Positions 11,915 to 23,491 of a stretch of DNA of 64,000 nt are shown here, one piece after another. Location of the stretch: the NCBI GenBank assembly GCA_010909165.1, contig VJWM01000044.1, positions 868,001 to 932,000 on the forward strand, given 5' to 3'. Each line of letters opens with the position of its first letter. The stretch's first letter is position 1. The position numbers and the translations under genes were made by a program. The notes beneath the pieces are model-generated. The model did no database searches, had not been told where the DNA came from, and saw only the letters and a list, made by a program, of their open reading frames with translations. The DNA is from Anthoceros angustus (Eukaryota; Plantae; Anthocerotophyta).

Positions 11915-14900
11915 CTACTTCCTCATGTGTGCCAGAATTCGATTAACAAGGATCTCTTTCTTGCCTGAGACAGCCAGGTAGTGGGACAGAAGGTATGGGC
12001 GCAGTTGCTGTATGGTTAGATCCTTGAGCTGCAGCAACGAGGAGTATACGTAGATCAGAAAGTGTGGCGTTTCTTAAGCAAAGCAATGGCAGTGATAGAA
12101 TTCCGGTACCTTGCCGGTATCTGCGAGCTCCTCCCAGTTGATGCCATCAGCTGCTGTTATCGCAGCTTCCACAGCTGCTTTACGCTTTTTAGAAGCCAAG
12201 CTGCCTTCTGCTGACGCCTCTGCTTTCGCTGCTTCTTCTTCGTCATGATTCACTCCGTAGACATCGTCTTTAAACGCTCGGACAGCGTTTACCACGGAGG
12301 CTCTGAACAGGAGTTGAAAATATTATGGCAGAAACCAAGTGTGTGAATCCAGAACCAGCTGACAGCCATACCAGGAAATACCTGGCGAGACCCCTGGCAT
12401 CTGGAAGTGTGGTGTCTTCGAGTTCAGGCACATCTGGCTCATCAAGAGCGATAGCTTGTAGGGCTGCATAGTGCCTCTGTAGAGCTGCCCAGCAGAGAGC
12501 AATCAGCAAATGCACACCGGAAGCAAAGTAGCCATGGCGTATCAAGAGACAGGAGGGGGATACGCACCTGGGTTACGAATGTCTAGGAGACTAAAGTCCG
12601 TCAGTTTAAGTTTTTGCAGTAAAGCTGCCGCTAATCTCACTTGATCCGGTGTGGCTCGGTGAGTGGACCCTGGGCTGCATGTATGAAGCTGGACAGACCA
12701 AGCCAAACTTTGTTAACAGCAGGGAGACCCTTCAAGCGTGCAAAGAAAACAAGCACTCCCATTATCAGCATTGAATGCCCAAAGGTGCTGATGGACACGC
12801 CAATCTGGGAAAGCTCGCCTTCTCCGCTGGCCGAATATCATCAGAGTATGGCAAATAGATCATGTGCAGGCCTGGTGGTTGTGTTTGCACATTATCTTCA
12901 ACAATTTCTTTCTGCACCCAAAGCATGGCTTGTTTGTAAATGCAAGCAATCTAAAAAGCTAAGACTACCAGCATATATGCCCCATTGACACACCTCACTT
13001 CAATAAAGGCAACGCAGAGCAAGGAGAGCTTTCAAGTATGAGAGGATGCACTAAAGAACCGCACAACACCTGTGGAACCAAGGCGACCAATCGTGGATAT
13101 GACATCCGCCCGTAGAAAGCTACGGCGTACCTGTACAGCAAAAGAAGTTCACTCTATGAACGGGCGTACTAATGTGAACATGCAGAAGAAACCAGCGAGA
13201 GGCCTTACTTCTTGTGTTTTAACATCGCTTGGTGTAGAGCAATGAAAGCTGTTGTACTACCACTCACACCCTAGATGCGCAGAATGTTAGTTCAGTGAGC
13301 ATTGGCACTGAGCCTGTGCCTATCTACTGATCACTAGTAAGCCACTTCCAACCTGTTCATCCGGGTAGACAAATGTCGATGGCTGCAGGTTATGGTAATC
13401 CTTCAAAGTAGCGAGCGACTTGAACCCAAGAAGCTGAAGCTGCACCCCGGTTTTCTTTATTTGGTACATCTCATCGGGTGTGATTATGACCTTTCGACTG
13501 CATTCACAAGGAACAGTTTGTTACATTCATAAACTGGCGGAAACTACAAAATTATGTCTTTCATCACCAAAATTACCTTCCAATTGGTTGTACTCGTTTG
13601 GTTACAGCATCATTCATAAGGGCCCCAGTGTCGGCACAGATGAAGGACCTCTCTGACTGCGAAACGCTCCAGGTACAAGTATTGCAAGGTTCAAACGTGC
13701 ATGCGGCAGCAACATAGATAGAGACTATTCAGGGACTAAGACACCAAAGAAAGGTCAAGTCATAAGAACTTACCTTCATCTCCGTATTTGTATGTGCCTC
13801 CACCCAAGTAGTGGCCCCTGACAGCAACAACTATCAGCTTCTGATTGAGGACTGTCCCACGTGCTCAGTGTGGCCAATGCAGCTTACCAGGGACAGATGA
13901 CCTTAACATAACAAAACATTGCAGCCCAATTTCAGTGCCAGGAGTGATCGTTAATGTCAATCGCCTGGCAACGCGCTTTTTCATCACCTTTCTTCGCATG
14001 TCATCGAAAAGATCCTTCAAGCTGCCCAACGCCAATTCAGGGTACACAGACAGTTACAAAAGGCAGTCAAAATGGAGAAACATGTATGCCTTTAAGACCA
14101 CAGCAGGGTACTATCTCCTCAGCGAGAAGCTTATGCAAATACCTCCGTGCCTCGGTTATTGTGAACCTGCTCTCATCTCCGTCATCTTGAGCTTGGACCA
14201 TGTGCTGCCAGACAACGGTTTAGAGGCTACCAACTGATTAGCAGGCATAATCCGACATACGAGCCTTGAGTACTTCATGTGCTTGTCTAAACGACAAAGT
14301 TACAAGCCATGAAAGAAGCCACATACAATATAGAAAATATTTGTATTGAATTCCTCCCCTGGCCTGTTTAAAGCATGTACTTCAATGGTAATTCCCAAAT
14401 CTTGGGCATCCTACACAAGAACGTAACCAACATCAGAGCGCGATCACCGGAATTGGAGCCCACGGGCAAATGAAAAGCATAGATTCACCTTGGCACGTTG
14501 AATGGTGGTCCTTCTCATGTCAGCTTGCGCTGCAGCAGGAGCATCTCCAAAAGGGTCATCATTGTTGGTAAAAAGATGTATGATCTTGCTTATATTTTTT
14601 GTGGAGCTGATGCATTGAAAAAGAGTGGTAAGGGAGACTGATTCAAAACAGAGCCTCTGTATTGAGCCCTTGACAAGATCAATACCGTGCTACCAAGGAG
14701 GAGGTGCATGGGATAACACAGTCACAAGAATTACCTACGAAGCAATGCTTGTGACACCCAGAGAGAATTGTACAAGGGGTTCTCAATAGCATGGGAACCA
14801 AGTTGTTTCTGGCTACCAATTTCATTGTCAAAGATTTCTGTACAATTGGGGGCCAAAAAGTCCAAGCATGAAGCACAGTTAAAGTTACATGGTTAGAAAG

Positions 14901-15796
14901 AAACAACCGATATAGTGAGCACACTTAATCTCATATGGATCAGAAAGAAAGAAGTTGGAATCTCTAATCAGCTACCTTTCAGCCCAGCTACGTCTCACAG
15001 GCTTCCGAAAAAAACAAGTTCATGCCTTAAGCCAGCTACCTTTCAGCCCAGCCACATCTTTGATGAACACCGCTGATAGCCTTTCTGGATCTTTGAAAAC
15101 ATAGACGGCTTCTGATTCTTGGGGATTCCTTTTCCTTTTCTACAAAGCACACAAATGAGGGTGACTCGTCCTCCACAGTGGAGATAACGCATTCAAAGGC
15201 AAGACATCATCCAACCATCAGCCAGCAAACTGTCACTCAACGTTGCAGACAGAGAGAGCTGGCTCCAGGAAGATGTTTGGAGATAAAAACCAACCGTGTT
15301 GTAAAAGCAGATCCCGACTCTGTCAGAGTCTCTCGAGACGATTCGACTCTTCAAGTTTGCAACGACACAATCAATCACTGCATCTAGGTAAGACTGCTCA
15401 CCTCCCTGACAGACATAGTGCGTGGTCAGTAACCCAAAACACACGACTTGTCTCAGCAGCCACAGGTTTTTTTTTTAGCTCTATATTATTCCTGAAATCC
15501 AGATCAGTACGCACCGCTTCTTCAAATGTCAGCAGCATATCTGGCCCAGCGTCAATGAGAAAAATCACAAATTCCGTGTTGCCAACATCCTGGAACAGCG
15601 AAAATCCAAGGAAACGGATTCAGAGATCCAGTTGTGAAGTCATGTTCCGATACATCGTTTCTGGGCAACGACCCAAAGTTCTCTATTGGGAACTGCAGTG
15701 CAAATACAAGTAGACAACCACCGCGGCAAGCTCGTTCTCCTGCTCTTCTTCCTCGTCAGCAAACAAGGACTCCTGGAACGCTGTGTCTAGTTCCAT
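11915..15796 (-). CDS. KU70: Ku70 NHEJ DNA-end-binding protein, multi-exon
   Basis: MELDTAFQESLF; EFVIFLIDAGPDM; SRDSDRVGICFYNT; MKKRVARRL; ALQRHYAALQAIALDE; SAP-domain terminus LKDLTIQQLRPYL..LAVSGKKEILVNRILAHMRK*. Confidence 0.95.
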
Positions 15797-16301
15797 TGTT
15801 CCGGAGCTGGAAATGTACCAAAACCCTGCCTGATCTTGTACATGAAATTAGAGACACGGAGTAGCTTAGAAAAGAAAAATCGACACAATCCATCCGACCT
15901 GCAAAATTGCCTCATGCACACAAGATTGAAACAAGTTCAGCAGGATGCCCACCTGACACAAGAACGAAGCAAGTCAAGGAGCTTCCAAGTCCAAAACGTC
16001 CAACTTCAGCTGATTAAGCACACCGCAAGTGCACACTATTTCTCAGTTCTCTAGGTTTGTTTTGTGTTCAGTTTCCATTTCCCGCCCGATGCATAAGGAT
16101 TGGACCAATCGAGCTCATCAAGGTCTCATTCGCCGCCAATTGAATCCTTGACTTCCACAAAAAGGTTCACTCAGCGTTCAGGTTGGATTCCATTCATTCC
16201 CTTATCGAACTCGGATCTGTAGTCAGTCTGCTGCTGCTGGCTTGGACATCCTTGAACCTCTTAGCTGTAGCTTCCGGGGCAACAATCCGTTATCTGCGCA
16301 G

Positions 16302-16875
16302 ACCGGTAAATCCATTGTGTACTCCAAGTACGCTGGAACAGAGGTGGAGTTCAATGGCGAAGATCACCTCTTGCTTAAGGAGGACGATACTGTCGGGCTT
16401 CTGTAAACTGATGACATCAAGGATTTGCATCCTCTGAACGACAGAGTGTTCATTAAGGTCATGTAACAGCAGAATCTTCCTTCTTTTACACTATCCGTGT
16501 CCTCGAGGCCCGCTCATACCCCTGCGGATTTCAGATTGAAAAAGCAGAGAACCTACAGCGGGCGAGGTGTTGCTCACAGACAGTGCTGAGGAGGTGCGTC
16601 ATTGGGACTGTGAGTAATCTAAAACCCTAGCTAACTCTTCAGTATTGGAATTGTGATGAGCTGAGTTCTATGTAGTTCTGTTTTGCGATTGTGAGAAGTT
16701 CGTAGCGACTGGGCCTAAACCTCTCGGTGAAGACGGTGTGCGGAAGCCGTTGCAAATCTCCTCTGCCAAGAGCGTTTTGTACTCCAAATATGCAGGAAAC
16801 TTCTTCAAAGGCAAGGATGGTATCCAACACGTTGTCCTGAGAGCTTCAGATGTCCTCGAGTGCTGGGCTAGATAA
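16302..16875 (+). pseudogene. CPN20: 5'-truncated, intron-retaining chloroplast co-chaperonin CPN20 pseudogene (three exon remnants)
   Basis: TGKSIVYSKYAGTEVEFNGEDHLLLKEDDTVGLL*TDDIKDLHPLNDRVFIK with in-frame TAA at 16404; frameshifted second exon from 16535; last exon ...VLYSKYAGNFFKGKDG..VVLRASDV; GT-AG introns retained. Confidence 0.9.
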
Positions 16876-18211
16876 CTTCAGTTTAGGGCATACCAATATT
16901 CTGTAACCGAGAGTACCTTTCTACCTAAACGGTTTTTGCGGCTACCCTGTATCTCCAATCTCCCATATGTCCGAAGTCCTGTGTCCTAATTCTGTTTCCA
17001 TCGCGAGTTCGGGTGTATCATGATGCAAGATGCAATCACGGGTTTCCAACTGCCTGCCAGGCTTCAGCTCTGCGACTGAGGGTGCTCAGCTCATAAGTGT
17101 GAAGTTCACACTTATGGGCTTGCGGCACACTTTGAGAAATCATGTTGTATTAAATGGTATGTACGAAAAAGCCCTAAGTGTAATAATATTGCAGGGTCAC
17201 GCGCAAGCTTGCGCACTCTGCAGCAAGTGCTCCTAAGCCATTCATCTACAACAGGGTGCGCAAGCTGGCGCACCCTATTCAGTCCTTGATCTCCTGCTCC
17301 CATAAAATGTCGATACATCACTTACTGCAGGGTGTGTGACTTTGAGTGTGTATTGTAAGCGAATAAGAGCTGCGACACCCACGTCACACGCACTGCCATT
17401 ATAATATGTAAACATTGTAGCATGAAGAGCTATCCATGGATAGCTTTAAATTTCCAACCTAGCAAATGAGGTGTAATAATGGTCTATATGCCTTAAAAGT
17501 CACGATAAAAAATAATTGATACGGGTCACTTTGTTTATGTGGAACAAGTCAATTGGTCTTCTAAGACCGTGAACTTATATCTAGAAACAAAAGTTCATAC
17601 ATCATTGGAAGCAACATGTATTTCATATCCTTGTATATAGATTCAGTCTAAGTAACTTAACCCCAAAACGACGAATCCACTCAAATTGAGTGGTTCACTC
17701 TAGTTTTTCACCTATGTATTTCTTTACCTTCATTTTTACCTTGGCTACTTTTAGCCAAGTATGCCGCTGCCGATGCGCATTTGGAAATCTAATTTGCAAA
17801 AAACTAACCTCCCAAAACTACCTCGGATTGCTCGAAAATTCAAAGATGGTCCTTAGAAGCTCCATAACCACTGTTGGTATTCTTGTTATGCTAAGGAGAA
17901 CAAGCAGGGACTAAGTGAGAATAAGTGCGAGAAAAAGGAGCTCGCAAAGGAGCATGAGGACGAGGATGAGAATGATATATGTTGGATAAGGTTCAGGGAT
18001 TGTTTGGCAGGCGTTCGGGCGAGGCTAGTACAGCGCAGCTGATAGTACTCTTGGCAACTATAATTAAACGGATATAAGAAATTAAATACAAATGTATTTT
18101 GGGTTTGCACTCCGGACCTAATTCATGGTGTCTTACGTGTCATAATGATATAATATATAGAAGAAATACTATTTGTACAACAAGAGGTTTTTGGTGTAGT
18201 GATTGCACTCA

Positions 18212-18465
18212 GACCGACATCCACATGTGGTGTTCGGTGCAGTGGTTGACAACTTGGACCGACATCCATGGGCGGTGTTCGATGTAGTGGTTGAGAATTT
18301 TGACCGACATCCACAGGTCAAGTGGTGTTTGGTGCATTGGTTGAGAATTTTTACTGACATCCACATGTCAAGTGGTGTTTGGTGGAGTGGCTGAGAACTT
18401 GGACCGACATCCACAGGTCAAGTGATGTATGGTGCGGTGGTTGAGAATTTGGACTGACATCCACA
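18212..18465. repeat. Tandem array of 45-50-bp units with core GAC(C/T)GACATCCAC
   Basis: Six cores with progressively diverging units. Confidence 0.9.
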
Positions 18466-19376
18466 GATCTTGGGATCAAATGTTTACAGCTCGATCATAG
18501 AATTATTTTGAAATGTACAACAAAAGTTCTTATCCATACAAATTAACGAATAGAATGTAATGAGTTTTGTGAATTGATCTGGCGGTTGTAATTGATTCTG
18601 ACGTCCAGTCGGTCGTGCATCAAGGATTTTCTCAGCACAACAAAGTGATACTTTGCTGTAACAAAGATTTTCTTCTTATTCAATTAAACGCATACACTCG
18701 ATTAAAGAAGCCAAAGCTATTGCTTGCATAGTAGTCAGAGAGTATCCTTCAAGCTCCAACTTCACAGCAACACCAAGATCTTGAAGAAATTGAGTCTGAA
18801 ACTCATTAACTAGTGCTTGAACTACTGCTTCCCCTTCATAAGCATCAACCAGTGCTGAGATGATCTTAAAAAACACCTCCATCCTCACTAGATAGTACCA
18901 CTCTGCAAAAGAAACATCTTAAATCAATAATCACAATACAAAGTATTACCAATAAGCACTTTCGATTATCACCAATCAATTAAGAGTCCAAGAGTTCTGA
19001 TCTGTATCTTGTGGCAAATCGAGAACTTTGACTGACATCCACAGGTCAAGTAGTGTTTGGTGCAGTGGCTTAGAACTTGGACTGACATCCGTAGATCAAG
19101 TGATGTTTGGTACAATGGTTGAGAACTTGGACCGACATCCACAAATATTGGGATCGAATCTTCACCGCTCGGTCATAGAATTAATTTTGAAATGTACAGC
19201 AAAAGTTCATATCTTTACAAACTAACGAATAGATTGTAATAAGTTTTGTGAATTGGTCTGGCGGTTATAACTAGTTTTGACACCCAGTCGGTCGTGCAAC
19301 AAGAATTCTCTTCGTGCAACAAAGTGACCCTTTGTTGTAATAAAGATTTTCTTCTTCTTATTCAATGAAACGCATA
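18343..19376. repeat. Pair of ~350-bp diverged direct repeats (18343-18694 and 19021-19376) flanking a short coding-like fragment; possible decayed LTR/TRIM-like element
   Basis: Colinear similarity by eye from GAGAA..TGACATCCAC to AAACGCATA. The interior minus-strand ORF (18676-18903: LVNEFQTQFLQDLG..KLELEG.SLTTMQAIALASLIE) is gag-like only loosely. Confidence 0.6.
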
Positions 19377-20542
19377 GATCTTTAAGATTTCAATTTGAAT
19401 AGATAAACTATAGCATGCTTTTTAGGAAAGGTTGTCATCCCAACGTTAGGATGCTACAAGCTGTTTATAGACGGAGGAGTTTGCTACACGAAATACTTCA
19501 GCCATATACTTAAACAAGTATTGTTAGCACAGAAGCTATGGCTTCTGCTTCTCTATTCCCTCCATGATGCACTGTGTGCGCATTTAGCTTCTACGTTCCG
19601 ATAGTCGTAGCAGTAAGTCGTTGAGATGCAGTGAAAATTCTAGCTTTTTGAGTTCTTTGTATGAATACTAAAAGTCTCCTTGCCTGGGTAGGCCAATCCT
19701 TGCATGTTTGTTCAACTAATCAGCATTTTGTGTGCTGAAGTTGCTGTTTGCTAGATTGCTATTTGTAGGATGTTTAGGGTGTCTACTATGCTTAAGCATG
19801 TTAGAAGTATAGCATTGCTGGCAGCATCATGTGACTCCACTTTGAAGAGCAGAGTTCCAACACAATAAGATCATGCTATAAAAAATGGGTCTTATTGTAT
19901 ACCAATTTCACATCTCAGATATTTTTTGAAGGGGAAATTCAGACCTCCTTCCCCCCACATATAACCCAAGATCAATTAAACTAAACCTTCCACAGTCAAG
20001 ATAGTGTGTTGAATGCATGCTTGTAGGGATTCCACACTCGCTCACTACCGCTGCGTGTAGGTCTTGGGAACGGCTGATGCTCGTGCCCCGACTACAAAAT
20101 TGATTGCCGGCTGCCCACGTGTCAGGATATGCCGATCATATTCGGCCGTACCTAGGGTCCTGGTATCAACCACATGTGGTTGATAGGAAGAGGAAGGTAG
20201 ATGGGGAGGAGGTTCGGTACCAAGCCTGCAAAATTGTAACAAGAGACGATGTAACACTTTGGTTGTTGCAATTATGTTGAAATTTTGAGAGGGGACACAA
20301 ACCACCTCTCACTACATTGCAACATAATTGCAACAAGACTGTAACATGACTGTAACATGACTGTAACAAGGTGGAGGGTTGGTTTCCAAACCTAACTGTA
20401 ACAAGGGGTCCCAAAAGTGTAACAAGACCCCAAGATTTTAACATAATTGCAACAAAGGGGGGTCCAAATCTTAACATAAAGTGTAACATGACTGCCCTTT
20501 TCTAGTAGGGATAGGCTGCCCTTTCTAGTAGGGACACCTACT

Positions 20543-20702
20543 GCGGAGGGTGACCGTTCCACTGCGTGACTGCAACCGGTCATGCGGTGAGCTATTGGCA
20601 AGCATAATTGACGTGGGAGGAAGCGGAGGGTGACCGTTCCACTGCGTGACTGCAACCGGTCATGCGGTGAGCTATTGGCAAGCATAATTGACGTGGGAGG
20701 AA
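20543..20702. repeat. Exact 80-bp tandem duplication within a TGTAAC-motif-rich noncoding element (20250-20710)
   Basis: GCGGAGGGTGACCG...GGGAGGAA starts at 20543 and 20623. Confidence 0.95.
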
Positions 20703-22403
20703 GTGTGGTAGGCTTGCCGCATGAGACAGACCGGAGGGGAAGCACCATAGTTTCAGTGGATCTTCGGCTTCGACATTCAATCGATAAGGCTGTTTTTCCA
20801 GTGCAAAATTCCGCATGTCCTGAAGAGGCTCAACACACTATGCTCAAAGGTCCAACCCCGACACACGCAAAGACTTGATCAACACAATCCTCAAAGGTGC
20901 CCCGAAAGACTCCAATATAGGGAGTTGAATGTTCCTACTAGTGTTCATGGTCTTATAATATCCTCTTTCCGTGTATGGAATACAATATTCAAACTTCAAG
21001 ATAACTTCTTATAGCGCTGTACACAAATCAAATTACCAATGTCGATTTGATTTTATATTGTTGGGGTCATGATCGCTTCGATCGCTGGCATTATGGCCAC
21101 ATGATGTGCATTGCGGTATAGGGCCACTTGGGTAACGGGAACCCGCGGAACCGGAAGCGCCGGTGGCAACGCCACGCGAGGCGTGCCGTTGCAAAAGATC
21201 TCGGCCCACCGTACGGTGCTAACGTCAGTGGCCTTATCGCGCGCGACGTTTGTACATATGTAAAAACGAACCGTTCTTCAGGCCCTTCACCCGCGGTCCG
21301 AACCAGGGTCCCGGCGTGGGAGGATCTGATCACGGCCGAATGCGCCACCGCCACGTGTGGATCAAGACAACAGTGGTCCATGATGCCGTCCGCACTACCT
21401 AAATGCGGGCGCAACGCTGCGCCCGGCGAAACAAGTGGCCGGCGAATACACCACCACTCCTTCCTTCCTTCATTTCCAGCCATGCGCCCGACGCATTCGT
21501 TTTGGATCCCTGTGCCTCGAGAGAACGGCACTGATCCGTTCCACACTTTTTGGTCATGCCAGGCTCCCAGTTCAATCGTTCAATCGACTTGCCGTTGAAG
21601 CTGCCGAGGCGAGAAGCGGAGTCCTTCTATTTATTTCCAGGGTCGCACATATTCGAATAGAACACCCGGGAAAGCGCGTTTGAAAAATGGGAAAATTTAG
21701 AAAATCGAAGGTAGGAACCCCCTGGAACGCTGGTGCCGTGACCAGGAGGGGAACATAACGTCACCTCATTAGGTAACGCCGGATTGAGTAAAGCCTAATA
21801 GAGAGGGTTTCGCCCGGGTTGTTTCCGTATCGAGCGCGGTGATGGCGGCCCGGGAATTTCGCCGACCTCGATGCGGCTTACTGCCTTATTAAGACCAAGA
21901 CTGGGGTATACAAATACGCTGCGTGTCTTAGAGAGACTCACCCGAAGGTGTGGCTTGTGCAACTCTGGACCGGAGAAAGCTAACACGGTCTGCGAAGGTC
22001 CCTGGTAGCGAGGTGTGGCGAGACCACGAGACCGCTCTGGTGAGGAAGGCTCGACGCAGCCCCGCGTGGTGTGTGTAGTATGCGCTTGGCTGGCCGCTTC
22101 CATGCAATCCGCGGCTGTCCCACCTTGCGTTTTACGTCTCACTTCTCACTTTTGTCGGTCGTTTGCTTGCGCTTTGGCGCTCTGCTCCCTTGTTGAATCT
22201 TGGCAGTGGTAGCGGTAGTGGTAGTGGTGCCTTGAGGTGTAAGGTGTGTGGATGCTTCTGGGAGCGGGAAGGGGAAGGGGAAGGTTGGCATTGGAGGAGC
22301 AAGGGCTTACGGAGGTGTGCTTGTCTCTAGCAGGGTGAAGGGAGTTGGGAGGAGCAGGGAGGACGGCGGGGAAGGCAAACTGGAGGACCAGAGGACGGGA
22401 GCC

Positions 22404-23050
22404 ATGGCTGTGAAGACGCCCTTGGTGTCGACGCTGAACCCGAACGCGCCGCTGTACGTCCCGGCCGCGTTCGCTGCGGCCGAGGAGTACTCCGCGGAAT
22501 GGTACCATTTGATGAAGACGTCGCCCGCCTTCCAGGAGTACTGGCTGTCGCAGTGCTACGACGACAGCAACGAGGGGGCGACGGCGCTGGACAGTTTCGT
22601 GGACGATGATTACCGCTACTTCGAAGAGCTGGAGAGGGAAATCCTGGAGGCGGAGCGGGAGGAGCAGGAGCTCTTGATGCAGGCCAAGATCGACAACGGT
22701 GGGTAATGTCTCACCACGCCATTCTTGTGCTGGCTGGTGGCAGGGTTCGGAATAAGGTTTTCTTGTACTGGTGGGGTGGAGTTTCTTGTTTGCATACCCT
22801 GGTGCCGCCATGGCCGGCCGATGCTTCTTGCTCGTTTGGCCTCACCGTGTTGTGTCTGTTTCACTTGTCAGGGGTCAATTACGGGTCCCCTTACGGGACT
22901 AGTCAGGCTCTTCTGAAGGAGTCGGATGCGAAGAATGTCAAGAAAGCCTGGCCTGACCAGGTGAAACATTTCGACAAAGTGCCGGCCAAGCTGGCAAACA
23001 GCCCGAGGAAGGTTTCCATCACTCAGCGCATCCAACAGCCCCGCCCGTAA
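22404..23050 (+). CDS. ERD15: ERD15/CID-like PAM2-motif protein, two exons (22404-22702, 22872-23050)
   Basis: STLNPNAPLYVP (PAM2 motif), EEYSAEWYHLM..SPAFQEYW, acidic middle, C-terminal RIQQPRP*; GT-AG intron restores the frame. Confidence 0.85.
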
Positions 23051-23491
23051 GCGCCGCCTGTGAGCATCATTTCGCATGGCTGACGGACGGTTCGTGTAGA
23101 AACGGAAAAAGTTTGTAGAGACGACCATATCTTGGAGAACTCTACACTTGTGAATAGGCATGATAGGATAGGGTTACAATCAGGACGGATCCTGGAGGAA
23201 CAATTCCCCGGGAACTGTGTTTGTCCAAAACAAAGCTGTACATTTTTGTACTCTACCTCGCCACGGCAGGTTCTCTTTCACACACATTTATGAATTTTTC
23301 TTGAAATTTCTACACTTTCTCCTTCCTCATCGTCCCCGCCTGACTGGCGGCATGGCTTTGTCTGGTCCCTTTTCCTGCAGTCTGTCCACAGGTAACCATG
23401 TCATCCCAGTTCTTTAAATACTGGTTGATGAAACATTACCACTTCACAAAGTGTTTGTCCAACAAAACTGTAGCCACGCGAGATTGATATC

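Noticed and set aside
16404-16406. CPN20 stop codon rescued by U-to-C editing
   Set aside because: This is a nuclear locus, the expected codon is GAA rather than CAA, and additional frameshifts are present
17428-17463. Helitron 3' end (palindrome followed by CTAG)
   Set aside because: CTAG is followed by C rather than T, the hairpin is AT-rich, and no 5' TC end was located; kept only as a hypothesis in the hairpin finding
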